Virus record (IMG/VR): IMGVR_UViG_3300020045_006153
Location: 211,550 to 275,549 of that record
Strand: one strand, 5' to 3'
From: a virus
Taxonomy: Duplodnaviria > Heunggongvirae > Uroviricota > Caudoviricetes
Length of the DNA: 64,000 bases
The notes below the pieces were generated by a model. It worked only from the letters and a program-made list of their open reading frames with translations. It was not told the origin of the DNA and ran no database searches. Below, in pieces: positions 1 to 8,067 of the stretch. A program made the position numbers and the translations under genes. Position 1 is the first letter of the stretch. Each line of letters opens with the position of its first letter.

Positions 1-35
1 TTTTCAACGTTTAATGTTTTATAATGATCATCCAT
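1..35 (-). CDS. 5' end of probable J-domain (DnaJ-like) protein, truncated by window edge
   Basis: ATG at 35 gives MDDHYKTLNVE..., resembling the J-domain helix I start (D-Y-Y-x-x-L-G-V). Preceded by a consensus sigma70 promoter. Only 11 codons are visible. Confidence 0.5.
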   Translation of the reverse strand, partial: MDDHYKTLNVE

Positions 36-41
36 TAAACA

Positions 42-70
42 ATTATATAGTAACTAACTGTATTTGTCAA
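42..70 (-). promoter_or_regulatory. sigma70-type early promoter, probably leaderless
   Basis: Minus strand TTGACA (70-65), 17 bp spacer, TATAAT (47-42); ATG follows 6 nt later. Confidence 0.85.
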
Positions 71-100
71 TAATTACGGCAGTTAATTTAAACACAAATG

Positions 101-406
101 TTATTTTGGCGGAGGATCCGCACTATACGGAAATGCATTCATTTTTTCTTGTGTTCGACCATATGCAGAAATGCCAAGTATTGCACCCATTGCAAGATGA
201 AACAATCCTGCACCTTGCAATGTAAGAGGTTGCCATTGGTTAGTAACTGTTCCACCATTTGTTTGTAACAAACTCCATAGAACAGGAGCCAATATAAAGT
301 CAAATACACATATTAACATATATGTCCATCCCATCATTGGGCGCCATTTATCATTTAACCAATTTTCAGCACGTCTCGGCAATAGTGGTAAGTGTTTAGT
401 TGCCAT
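101..406 (-). CDS. holin (GTA/3TM-holin-like membrane protein)
   Basis: WRPMMGW...hydrophobic helix...LxMGAILGISAYGRTQEK; directly downstream of the endolysin. Confidence 0.7.
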   Translation of the reverse strand: MATKHLPLLPRRAENWLNDKWRPMMGWTYMLICVFDFILAPVLWSLLQTNGGTVTNQWQPLTLQGAGLFHLAMGAILGISAYGRTQEKMNAFPYSADPPPK

Positions 407-411
407 AATTA

Positions 412-1035
412 TTATCCCGTTAATACTGATAGTGCAAGTTTGTACCTTGCTGTTCTGTCGTCGAGACCTAATGTGCCACCATTAATTCGTTTAGTAAGAG
501 TAAGTATATCACCAGAGTCTGCAATAGCATTTAAATTGTTAGTATGCCAATACCAGCATGCACTTTTTACTGCTCCTTCAAATGTAGTGAGATATGCAGG
601 AGCATCATCTATAGAAATACCAATACTATCAGAAAATAATTGATAGTTTTTTCGACCAGTTAACTGAATTAATCCACGTCCGCAAAATTTAAATCCATCT
701 CCGGATTCTTCATTTCCATTTCCTATACGATTTGCATATGCACGATTTGCAATCATTTCAGGCTTGTGAGCATATTGTGATGCATTAGTTGAATTAAAAT
801 ATCTAGGCCAAACTCTTACAAGACTTTCTGCTCTATAATTTAAGTTTTCTTTTATTGCAGTAAATCCACTACTTTCATGGCCACATTGAGCAATAAATGC
901 TGCAATACGTTTTGGTGTAGTAATTCCGAATTCAGGCAGTACTGCAACTAATGCAGTATACCATTCGTGTATATTTTTATTACCTTGCAATAGTTTTGCA
1001 AGTTGGGGTTCTGTTAAGGTAAATTCATCAGACAT
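412..1035 (-). CDS. endolysin, glycoside hydrolase family 19 (chitinase-like)
   Basis: AAFIAQCGHES, ENLNY, GRGLIQLTG-x-x-NY and TKRINGG motifs; SD AAGGAG upstream. Confidence 0.92.
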   Translation of the reverse strand: MSDEFTLTEPQLAKLLQGNKNIHEWYTALVAVLPEFGITTPKRIAAFIAQCGHESSGFTAIKENLNYRAESLVRVWPRYFNSTNASQYAHKPEMIANRAYANRIGNGNEESGDGFKFCGRGLIQLTGRKNYQLFSDSIGISIDDAPAYLTTFEGAVKSACWYWHTNNLNAIADSGDILTLTKRINGGTLGLDDRTARYKLALSVLTG

Positions 1036-1037
1036 CC

Positions 1038-1078
1038 GGCTCTCCTTGTTATATTAGTATTTAAATGCAAGGAGCGCC
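1038..1078 (-). promoter_or_regulatory. RBS-sequestering hairpin with late promoter TAAATA in its loop (endolysin control)
   Basis: Minus strand GGCGCTCCTTG...CAAGGAGAGCC inverted repeat covers the SD AAGGAG; TAAATA at 1063-1058 lies in the loop. Confidence 0.75.
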
Positions 1079-1094
1079 AAATTATATATGCATA

Positions 1095-1361
1095 TTATTT
1101 TAGTTTATTAATAATAGTTTTTTGTTTAGTGTACCACTCTTGCAATCCATTAACTTTTGTTCTACAAGAATGATATAAAGCATAGTTATCAGCAACGGTT
1201 GTAACTACCTCACTTAATTTGTCAGTATTTTGATCTACTAATTTAAGGTCTGGACAAGAAGTTGATAATGAAGCAGGCAATTCTTCTAATTTAATCGAAG
1301 AAGGAAATAGAGTAGAACAGCCAGTTAGGAAAAAAATAGAAATAATAATTATTTTTTTCAT
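1095..1361 (-). CDS. o-spanin (Rz1-like outer-membrane lipoprotein)
   Basis: MKK plus hydrophobic signal with lipobox LTGC; short, with additional Cys; overlaps the i-spanin stop. Confidence 0.8.
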   Translation of the reverse strand: MKKIIIISIFFLTGCSTLFPSSIKLEELPASLSTSCPDLKLVDQNTDKLSEVVTTVADNYALYHSCRTKVNGLQEWYTKQKTIINKLK

Positions 1362-1807
1362 TTTGCATCCTTAGGATATATTGCTGCATCATTTAGTACC
1401 TGTGTTGCGCTAGCATCCACTTTACATATAGAATCAATACGTTCAGTAATCGTTAAAATTCGATCTTTAATAATTACTCGTTGATGGTCGATTGCTTGTT
1501 GTTTTTGTTTTTGTACAACTTCAATTTGAGCAGTTGCTGATTGCAATTCAACTTTTGCTTTATTAATTGCAATATTTGCTTCAGTAACTTTTGCTCGCCA
1601 ATATATTTCAGTATCATTGCATCCGTACAAGTATACACCACATATAATGCAAGTCACCGAAATAACATTCAACATAGGCTTATATGGCAAAAACATAATA
1701 AGTATGTTTGAAAAAAATCCAGCGAGATATGATAAAATGCCAACTAAAAAAATAATGTATATAATTATCTGAATAAATGCTTCAGGTAATATGCTCAATA
1801 ACCACAT
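1358..1807 (-). CDS. i-spanin (Rz-like inner-membrane protein)
   Basis: N-terminal TM segments followed by a coiled coil and a C-terminal Cys; adjacent to lipoprotein and endolysin. Confidence 0.7.
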   Translation of the reverse strand: MWLLSILPEAFIQIIIYIIFLVGILSYLAGFFSNILIMFLPYKPMLNVISVTCIICGVYLYGCNDTEIYWRAKVTEANIAINKAKVELQSATAQIEVVQKQKQQAIDHQRVIIKDRILTITERIDSICKVDASATQVLNDAAIYPKDAK

Positions 1808-1808
1808 G

Positions 1809-2579
1809 TTACCATCCAGTCTTACTAATAATTATGGCTTGATCGCCATTTTTTATCAGAAATTTATTATCAATTTTATGAATAACATAATTTCCTAGAT
1901 ATTTTTCTAGAAATAACGTTTGTCCGTTAGATGCAGTGTCTAATTGTAACCCGCCTTCTAACAATTGCTCCATTTCTTTATAATTTCCAAATGCTTCAAG
2001 TTTGACTGTAAAATCAGATGTAAATGGTTTTCTAAAAGTCATATTGTCAGACTCGTCAATGTCTGCAACTTCAGCAGGACCTTGATCTAATACAGAACTA
2101 ACATCAGATACTTTTTGTGTGCTAATTCTAGATTGATACGATTCTTTATCAAGAGGTACAACTTCATCAAATGAATCTTTTGTAAAATCATGAGATAAAG
2201 TATCTTTAAAATATCTAAATTTCCATGAGGTACAATCACATAGTTGTCCTATGCCGCGCAATAGAGTAGCAACTTCTGTTCCTACTTCTTTATTACGTTC
2301 TAATTCAATAAAAACTGAATAATCACCGTCTGTTTCTTCACCGGTACTCATATCTGCATCTAAAACAAATGGATAACCTTTTTCAATAAATTCCATTAGG
2401 TCAATTGCTGGGAATTTATCTTTAACTTTAAATGAAATAACTAAAATACTTTCATCATTACCCATTTTACTCTTATACTGATCAAGAGTAAACCGATGAG
2501 AAACCATCCCTTTAAGGTCGCCTGATCGCAGTCCTTCAAATAATTTAGGCTGCTGCTGGTGTTGCTGGTGTATCGGCAT
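1809..2579 (-). CDS. hypothetical phage protein
   Basis: 256-aa ORF in operon context; start uncertain. Confidence 0.7.
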   Translation of the reverse strand: MPIHQQHQQQPKLFEGLRSGDLKGMVSHRFTLDQYKSKMGNDESILVISFKVKDKFPAIDLMEFIEKGYPFVLDADMSTGEETDGDYSVFIELERNKEVGTEVATLLRGIGQLCDCTSWKFRYFKDTLSHDFTKDSFDEVVPLDKESYQSRISTQKVSDVSSVLDQGPAEVADIDESDNMTFRKPFTSDFTVKLEAFGNYKEMEQLLEGGLQLDTASNGQTLFLEKYLGNYVIHKIDNKFLIKNGDQAIIISKTGW

Positions 2580-3090
2580 TTACATCTGTCTCCGGTGCTG
2601 GTGCTACTTCTTGAGTAGTCATTTGTTCAGGTTGATCGTATTTCATTAAATCAGCCAATCTATTACTATCTTTTTCTTTATAACCTTGATATATGTCTTG
2701 CATTAATTTTTTAGGCATACTAATAGTTACAACCCAGATAGGATGTGTATCTATTTTACCTTTTTTAGTATTAGGTCGAAAATCCGAAGGTTTATATACT
2801 TTACGCGGAACCATCATATGCGTTTTTTGATACGATAAGTTACATCCGTAATCTAATAATCGTTCGCCGCCTTCTGGGTCTGGCATATCAGCATAAGGCC
2901 ACAAAAATTTACAGGTGACCATGTATCGATTTACATCTGGGCCTGCTAGCAATTCGCCTTCATCCCAGTTTTTATAAACATAAATATCCAACTCGTCTAG
3001 AACTCTTTCAAAATCTTTTAAAATTTTGAAAGCAGAATCGTTTACGGATAGTGTTTGAAGGTTTTTAATAACGTCTACAATGTCTTGCAT
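2545..3090 (-). CDS. hypothetical phage protein (late)
   Basis: 181-aa ORF downstream of TATAAATA (3117-3110). Confidence 0.75.
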   Translation of the reverse strand: MQDIVDVIKNLQTLSVNDSAFKILKDFERVLDELDIYVYKNWDEGELLAGPDVNRYMVTCKFLWPYADMPDPEGGERLLDYGCNLSYQKTHMMVPRKVYKPSDFRPNTKKGKIDTHPIWVVTISMPKKLMQDIYQGYKEKDSNRLADLMKYDQPEQMTTQEVAPAPETDVNADTPATPAAA

Positions 3091-3109
3091 AATGGGTCTC
3101 TCTTACATA

Positions 3110-3168
3110 TATTTATATGATACGAAACAAAGGCGTTTGAATGCTCGTTTGTTTAGCAGGGGTAAATA
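3110..3168. promoter_or_regulatory. divergent late promoters
   Basis: TATAAATA on minus strand (3117-3110) and TAAATA on plus strand (3163-3168). Confidence 0.65.
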
Positions 3169-3205
3169 TATGTGCAGGTACTTTTGTTCACTTGAGGAGA
3201 TTAAT

Positions 3206-3955
3206 TTGCCTAGAACAAGAAAAAAAGAGCGTGGTGTGAGTCAAGAAAGAGATACCCGTTTTCAACAAGAACCCAGAATGCTTGAATTCAAGCAAACTGT
3301 GCGTAAAAAGCCGCAAGTCCAAATTATTCCGCGTAATTTAGCGCAGGAAACTTATTTGGAAATGCTTAAAAACCCAAAAAAATTCATTGTGTTTGCTATT
3401 GGACCAGCAGGTACTGGTAAAACAATGTTGGGTGTACAGATGGCCATTAAACAACTAAGAGAGGGGACAATTAGTAAAATAATTATCACTAGGCCAGCAG
3501 TTAGTGTAGATGAAGAGCATGGATTTTTACCAGGAGATCTAAATGCTAAGATGGCGCCGTGGACTCGTCCTATTATGGATGTGTTTGCTGAGTACTATCA
3601 CCCGAAAGAAATTAACGAAATGTTAGAAGAAGGCACTATTGAAATTTCACCGTTAGCATATATGCGTGGCCGAACTTTTAAAAATGCATATATTATTGCA
3701 GACGAAGTACAGAATACTACACCAGGGCAGATGAAAATGCTGTTAACTAGACTTGGTGAAGGTAGTCGTATGGTAGTTACAGGAGATTTAAATCAAGCAG
3801 ATCGTCCAAATGAAAACGGACTACTTGATTTTGTTCGATTATATGAAGAACTTAAAAACCATAAACTTATTGATATGGCGTGGTTTGATGCTTCTCATAT
3901 CGAACGACATCCAGTTGTTAAGGAAATTTTATCAATCTACAAAGAATCAGATTAA
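3206..3955 (+). CDS. phoH: PhoH-family ATPase
   Basis: GPAGTGKT, IIITRPAV, GFLPG, PLAYMRGRTF, DEVQN and GDLNQ motifs; TTG start at 3206 after SD GAGGAG (3194-3199). Confidence 0.95.
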   Translation: MPRTRKKERGVSQERDTRFQQEPRMLEFKQTVRKKPQVQIIPRNLAQETYLEMLKNPKKFIVFAIGPAGTGKTMLGVQMAIKQLREGTISKIIITRPAVSVDEEHGFLPGDLNAKMAPWTRPIMDVFAEYYHPKEINEMLEEGTIEISPLAYMRGRTFKNAYIIADEVQNTTPGQMKMLLTRLGEGSRMVVTGDLNQADRPNENGLLDFVRLYEELKNHKLIDMAWFDASHIERHPVVKEILSIYKESD

Positions 3956-3973
3956 TTTAATTTAAATCGTGCG

Positions 3974-4027
3974 AAACCGTACACATTCAATCATCGCCTG
4001 CACCCCTCCGATTGAACTGTACGGTTT
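3974..4027. terminator. long hairpin between convergent phoH and clamp-loader genes
   Basis: AAACCGTACA/TGTACGGTTT outer stem plus TTCAATC/GATTGAA inner stem. Confidence 0.55.
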
Positions 4028-4029
4028 TG

Positions 4030-4953
4030 TTATTGTAGTCTGGCTAACTTAATCATTACCGCAGCAAGATTAATTTCTCCGTCTGCACAACTTACATGAT
4101 CAACTAATCCTTGTTTAATAATTAACACCGCAGAATCTTTTGCTTCTTCATCTTTACTAATTAAGTCTAGATTATCATAGCAAAATCTAAAAATATCTAC
4201 AATTTCCTCTGGACGGGCACTTGCACAAACTAATTTACGTGCTGCTTGAATATTGCCTTGCTTAAAAAGTTCAACCATTTCGATTTTCCAATCTGATTGG
4301 CCTGCATCGCCTTGTGTTGGACTTACTAATTTACCTTCATCAACATTTTGTTGAAGCATATTAATGCATTTACGCAAATCCGGATAAGTGACTTTAACAT
4401 AAGTATCTAGATTATCTAGATCAAATTCAACATTTTCTTCAACTAAAATAGTTGCTGCACGAGCAGTGAACTCGGTTTGATCAACTTTTTCAACGTGAAA
4501 TCCTTGACACCGACTATGGATTGCTGGAATAATCTTTGTCGGGTAGTTGCAGGTTAGAATAAATCGTGCAGTTTCGTGATATGTTTCCATAACTCCGCGC
4601 AATGCTGCTTGCGCATTAGGACTTAGATAGTCTGCTTCGTCTAACAATACAATTTTAAACGGACCAAATGGAATCATTTGCACAAAGTTTGTAATCTTAT
4701 CACGAACCTCGTCAACTCCGTTAGTACGACTTGCGTTAATTTCAAGCACATCATACTCTTCAATGCCTAATTCATGAATTAGGATTTTTGCAAGGGTTGT
4801 TTTACCAATACCTGCTGATCCGCTTAGAAGCAAATGCGGAATACTCTGATCTTTAATCCAAGTTGAAATTTGCCTCCGTTGATGATCATCTCTAAAAACA
4901 TACCCATCTACTGTATTTGGACGATATTTTTCTACCCACAATGCTTTACTCAT
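4030..4953 (-). CDS. gp44: clamp loader AAA+ subunit (RFC small subunit / T4 gp44-like)
   Basis: LWVEKYRP, GSAGIGKTT, EINAS, LLDEADYLS...AQAALR and SRC motifs. Confidence 0.93.
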   Translation of the reverse strand: MSKALWVEKYRPNTVDGYVFRDDHQRRQISTWIKDQSIPHLLLSGSAGIGKTTLAKILIHELGIEEYDVLEINASRTNGVDEVRDKITNFVQMIPFGPFKIVLLDEADYLSPNAQAALRGVMETYHETARFILTCNYPTKIIPAIHSRCQGFHVEKVDQTEFTARAATILVEENVEFDLDNLDTYVKVTYPDLRKCINMLQQNVDEGKLVSPTQGDAGQSDWKIEMVELFKQGNIQAARKLVCASARPEEIVDIFRFCYDNLDLISKDEEAKDSAVLIIKQGLVDHVSCADGEINLAAVMIKLARLQ

Positions 4954-5117
4954 ACCATTTCTTCCACAATTCCTAAAATTTCTGCAACAACAAGTGCTGC
5001 ACCAGCAAATATAAAATGTCCACTAATCAGACCAATGCCTGCAAGTATACGAACTAAACTTTTTGCAAGACTTACATAAAAATGCCCCTTGCTTGTGTCT
5101 TTTGGTTGAATTTCCAT
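4950..5117 (-). CDS. small membrane protein (55 aa; below ORF-track cutoff)
   Basis: MEIQPKDTSKGHFYVSLAKSLVRILAGIGLISGHFIFAGAALVVAEILGIVEEMV*; SD AAAGGA; ATGA overlap with clamp loader. Confidence 0.75.
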   Translation of the reverse strand: MEIQPKDTSKGHFYVSLAKSLVRILAGIGLISGHFIFAGAALVVAEILGIVEEMV

Positions 5118-5138
5118 ATTATCCTTTTAAATATTCTA

Positions 5139-5360
5139 TTACTTTTTCTTTTCTTGCTCTAATAACCATTCTGCTTCGCCATTGAACGTAGGACATGCCT
5201 GAATCAATTTATCTAAAATAAATTTAACTTGATATAAATCTAGTTTATTACCATATGACACATAACTATCGTTTTTTGTATTACTACAACTATTTGAAGT
5301 TACACGGAGCCAGCGTACAACTTCTGCCTGAGTTACAGCATTAAGGGTAGATAATGACAT
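5139..5360 (-). CDS. hypothetical protein
   Basis: Likely start MSLSTL at 5360, overlapping the end of the kinase gene. Confidence 0.55.
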   Translation of the reverse strand: MSLSTLNAVTQAEVVRWLRVTSNSCSNTKNDSYVSYGNKLDLYQVKFILDKLIQACPTFNGEAEWLLEQEKKK

Positions 5361-5814
5361 CAAAACCTTCTTTAATAGTCGGCTCTTGCCAACTTCCAAT
5401 CATGTTTTCAATAACATATTCCGGAATAGACTTACCCGGGCGAGATGCAAGACGCCGATTCAATTCATCTCGAGCCGGTGTTCTAAATACCACTGCAATC
5501 ATTTCATAATGCTTGCTAGGAATCATGTTAAACTTTTTACGACGGGTAGCAATTGATGTAGAAGTTTGATCCCAAACAATATCAAAGCGATTTTGTACTG
5601 CACGAACAACATCAGATGTCATCAGTTTAACCGCAATAGGCATATATTCGTGGAATACGGCATTGTAGGTTTTACCCATTTTTTCTGCGTACTCTTCTAC
5701 GTGATTATCAGTAGACACAAAAACTGTGTGATCCTTATTAAGGTTTTGATTTTTAACCCAAGTAGATTTGCCCGCACCTGGAACTCCAACAAGTATGTAT
5801 GCTTTAGATTTCAT
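5341..5814 (-). CDS. P-loop kinase (AAA_33 / polynucleotide-kinase-like)
   Basis: ILVGVPGAGKST Walker A, VSTD, IVWDQT and R-x-x-x-R lid. Confidence 0.85.
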   Translation of the reverse strand: MKSKAYILVGVPGAGKSTWVKNQNLNKDHTVFVSTDNHVEEYAEKMGKTYNAVFHEYMPIAVKLMTSDVVRAVQNRFDIVWDQTSTSIATRRKKFNMIPSKHYEMIAVVFRTPARDELNRRLASRPGKSIPEYVIENMIGSWQEPTIKEGFDVIIYP

Positions 5815-5820
5815 AGTGTA

Positions 5821-5859
5821 ATTATAACAAATAAAAAAGGGACCGTCAAGTCCCTTTTT
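5821..5859 (-). promoter_or_regulatory. intrinsic terminator whose loop is the -35 box of a sigma70 promoter
   Basis: Minus strand AAAAAGGGAC-TTGACG-GTCCCTTTTTT, then TATAAT (5826-5821) at 17 bp spacing; ATG 6 nt later. Confidence 0.85.
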
Positions 5860-5862
5860 ATA

Positions 5863-6216
5863 TTATACTTTATCTAAACGTGCACTAGCATGGAAATCGT
5901 TATATCGGTCCGGGTAACGTTTTTGCAACTTTGCAATGTTTTCATCTAGGATTTCTCCTAGATCAAAGTCTAGGCTACGACACGCAAGTGCAATATACCA
6001 CATGATGTCCCCGATTTCTTCTCTCATGTTGTCTTTATCTAAGGCCTTGCCGTAAATAATGCATTTCTTAACTGCATCAACAATTTCACCAGATTCACCA
6101 GCAATGCCTAATGTAGCATGTAATAGATCATATTGTTTTGATCCAAAGGTTACTCCGGCATCATCAACGTGTTTACATGTACGATCGCTCAATTCTAAAT
6201 ATTGTTTGTTATCCAT
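5863..6216 (-). CDS. mazG: MazG-like nucleotide pyrophosphohydrolase
   Basis: LGIAGESGEIVDAVKK, EEIGDIMWY and N-x-x-KL-x-x-RY motifs; start MDNKQ after SD AGGAG. Confidence 0.9.
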   Translation of the reverse strand: MDNKQYLELSDRTCKHVDDAGVTFGSKQYDLLHATLGIAGESGEIVDAVKKCIIYGKALDKDNMREEIGDIMWYIALACRSLDFDLGEILDENIAKLQKRYPDRYNDFHASARLDKV

Positions 6217-6238
6217 AAAATCTCCTATATTATATAAT

Positions 6239-6267
6239 ATAGTAACATAGATATCACACATTGTCAA
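6239..6267 (-). promoter_or_regulatory. sigma70-type promoter of mazG
   Basis: TTGACA (6267-6262), 17 bp spacer, TACTAT (6244-6239). Confidence 0.7.
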
Positions 6268-6270
6268 TAA

Positions 6271-6654
6271 TTAAGCGCCAGGTATATTAAAATTAAAGTT
6301 CGATCCTGCACCTACAGCGGCTAAGCGCATAGTGTCATCTGGTTTCTCGTCGCTTACCAGTAATATGGCTTTATTATCTGCCATTCGCATAGTGAGTTCT
6401 TCACCAGAGTCTGTCTCATATTGAAAACTACGAGTCCAGCGACCATGTTCAAGTAATATCCAATCGCCAGATTTAATATCTTGTTGTTTAGGTCCTACCA
6501 AATATACACGAGCCCATCTAGGATGAATACCTTGACTTTTGCCGTCATCGGAATGAAGTAATATACCACCTTTAGTCTTTTCCATCCCAAATTCCATGTC
6601 AGTGATTAACACTTTATCACCTAAAGGACGAAGTGTGCCAGTTACATTAGCCAT
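6271..6654 (-). CDS. groES: GroES/Cpn10 co-chaperonin
   Basis: LRPLGDKVLI, KTKGGILL mobile loop, V-x-x-VGP and K-x-GD-x-IL motifs. Confidence 0.88.
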   Translation of the reverse strand: MANVTGTLRPLGDKVLITDMEFGMEKTKGGILLHSDDGKSQGIHPRWARVYLVGPKQQDIKSGDWILLEHGRWTRSFQYETDSGEELTMRMADNKAILLVSDEKPDDTMRLAAVGAGSNFNFNIPGA

Positions 6655-6943
6655 GTGTTTTACTTTCTTGTGTTTTTTGTTTAGTTGGTGTTATTTTTTC
6701 TTGTACCGGTTTTGCAACTGGTATAACAACTAGTGATTCTTGCGGAGTTGCTTTTGGATTGTCTTCATAATATGCTCCAACAATATCTTCTCTACTGCGG
6801 ATAATCTTGCCGCCGGCGCCTAGTTCATCACCTCGAGCGTTCATACGTACATTACCCACAGCAGGCATTGTTTCATTTTTTGCAAGCAATGCGTCCATAT
6901 CAATTACTTTGCCTGTCATTGTTTTGTGAATTGGTTTATTCAT
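6647..6943 (-). CDS. hypothetical protein
   Basis: 98-aa ORF with SD AAGGAG; translationally coupled to groES. Confidence 0.75.
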   Translation of the reverse strand: MNKPIHKTMTGKVIDMDALLAKNETMPAVGNVRMNARGDELGAGGKIIRSREDIVGAYYEDNPKATPQESLVVIPVAKPVQEKITPTKQKTQESKTHG

Positions 6944-6944
6944 T

Positions 6945-7472
6945 TTATTCTCCTTTAAGGAATTCTTTTATATCAAGTTGGTACTTAATGCTATCAATTT
7001 TGTGAATGCCGATTAGGTACAAACAATAACTAGAAACGCTACTGCCTCTTCCTAACCCCCATACTACATCGTTCTCTCGCATAAAGTCTACTAGATATTT
7101 AAGACATATTAGAACCTCATACATGTCTTGTTGGACAAATAATATTAGTTCAGCGTCTACTCGTTTTTTTTGTTGTTCATTAGTGCATTGATCGTACAAC
7201 CATTCAACTATATTAAATGTTTTATACGAATCAGGAATTAACCAATTTGCTTGATTTAACTCGTCAACTAATTCTACAGATTTCCCATCTTCTATATATA
7301 ATCGAAGTTTATGTATATGATCTGCATTCTGCCCAATGCCTTGATTAAACTGGTCAATTAATGACTGATTTTCAATGTTAACGTGTTCAAACGATGTTAA
7401 TTTTCCAGAATAAAGTCCAGAAAGTATGTCATTTTCATCAAGAATTACATCGCTGTATTGATTTATTTTCAT
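6945..7472 (-). CDS. stand-alone fragment of DNA polymerase III alpha (DnaE/PolC family)
   Basis: RVDAEL...LVDFMRENDVVWGLGRGSSVSSYCLYLIGIHKIDSIKYQLDIKEFL matches the DnaE motif GRGSAAGSLVAY-x-LGIT-x-x-DP-x-x-Y-x-L-x-FERFL; ORF stops before the catalytic PDIDxD. Confidence 0.85.
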   Translation of the reverse strand: MKINQYSDVILDENDILSGLYSGKLTSFEHVNIENQSLIDQFNQGIGQNADHIHKLRLYIEDGKSVELVDELNQANWLIPDSYKTFNIVEWLYDQCTNEQQKKRVDAELILFVQQDMYEVLICLKYLVDFMRENDVVWGLGRGSSVSSYCLYLIGIHKIDSIKYQLDIKEFLKGE

Positions 7473-8067
7473 CTTTTCCGCCCTTTAATAGAACCGGCGA
7501 GAACCGCTGTGACGCTGACATGTCAAGGTCGTCCCAGGTCGGGAATGATCCAAATGAATTAGTTTTCGTATTGTCTTGATTCCACCAATTAAGTTTATCA
7601 TTAAGTATATTGTCGTATGCATCACATAAGTCCGTTATTTGATATTGTACACGATCGCCTATACTACTGTCAATTGTTATGTGATTAATGGTAAAATATG
7701 ATTTTGATAATGCCGTTAATTTTTTATACAATAACGATGCAAAGAAATAATCATGTGGTTCTTGAGGTAGTTGGACTATATTTGTACTAAAAGTTGAAAA
7801 ATTATTAAACATAGGATGTGACATCTGAATCAATGTTGAATTTTGAATAAATTTATTCAAAAATAATTTTATTTTTTTTAATCCTAATAATGTATAATCT
7901 TGAGTATCTGCATAAGGAATCATACTAATAGTTAAATTATATTCATTCGGTAACATCATATCACCTAATACAATTACACACGAAAAAGTAGTCGGCCACG
8001 TAAATACGTCTTTAGGATCAATCAACATTAATAAGACTACCAAGATCCTTATCTTGTTTATTAACAA
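7438..8067 (-). CDS. hypothetical protein
   Basis: ORF in operon; true start probably near 8028 (MLIDPKD). Confidence 0.7.
   Translation of the reverse strand: MLINKIRILVVLLMLIDPKDVFTWPTTFSCVIVLGDMMLPNEYNLTISMIPYADTQDYTLLGLKKIKLFLNKFIQNSTLIQMSHPMFNNFSTFSTNIVQLPQEPHDYFFASLLYKKLTALSKSYFTINHITIDSSIGDRVQYQITDLCDAYDNILNDKLNWWNQDNTKTNSFGSFPTWDDLDMSASQRFSPVLLKGGKDENKSIQRCNS

Noticed and set aside
3080-3205. N-terminal extensions given by the ORF track (phoH; likewise 6217-6267, 31850-31957, 31904-31957, 41993-42016 and 43653-43727)
   Set aside because: They overlap promoters or neighbouring genes; downstream starts have a better SD, promoter or spacing context
3970-4030. Group II intron domain V (GTACGGTT similarity)
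   Set aside because: No catalytic AGC/CGC triad hairpin geometry, no other domains and no room for an intron
6945-7472. DnaE fragment as a pseudogene or split-intein half
   Set aside because: Clean ORF coupled to both neighbours, no adjacent frameshifted remainder, and no intein N-terminal block after the polymerase motif
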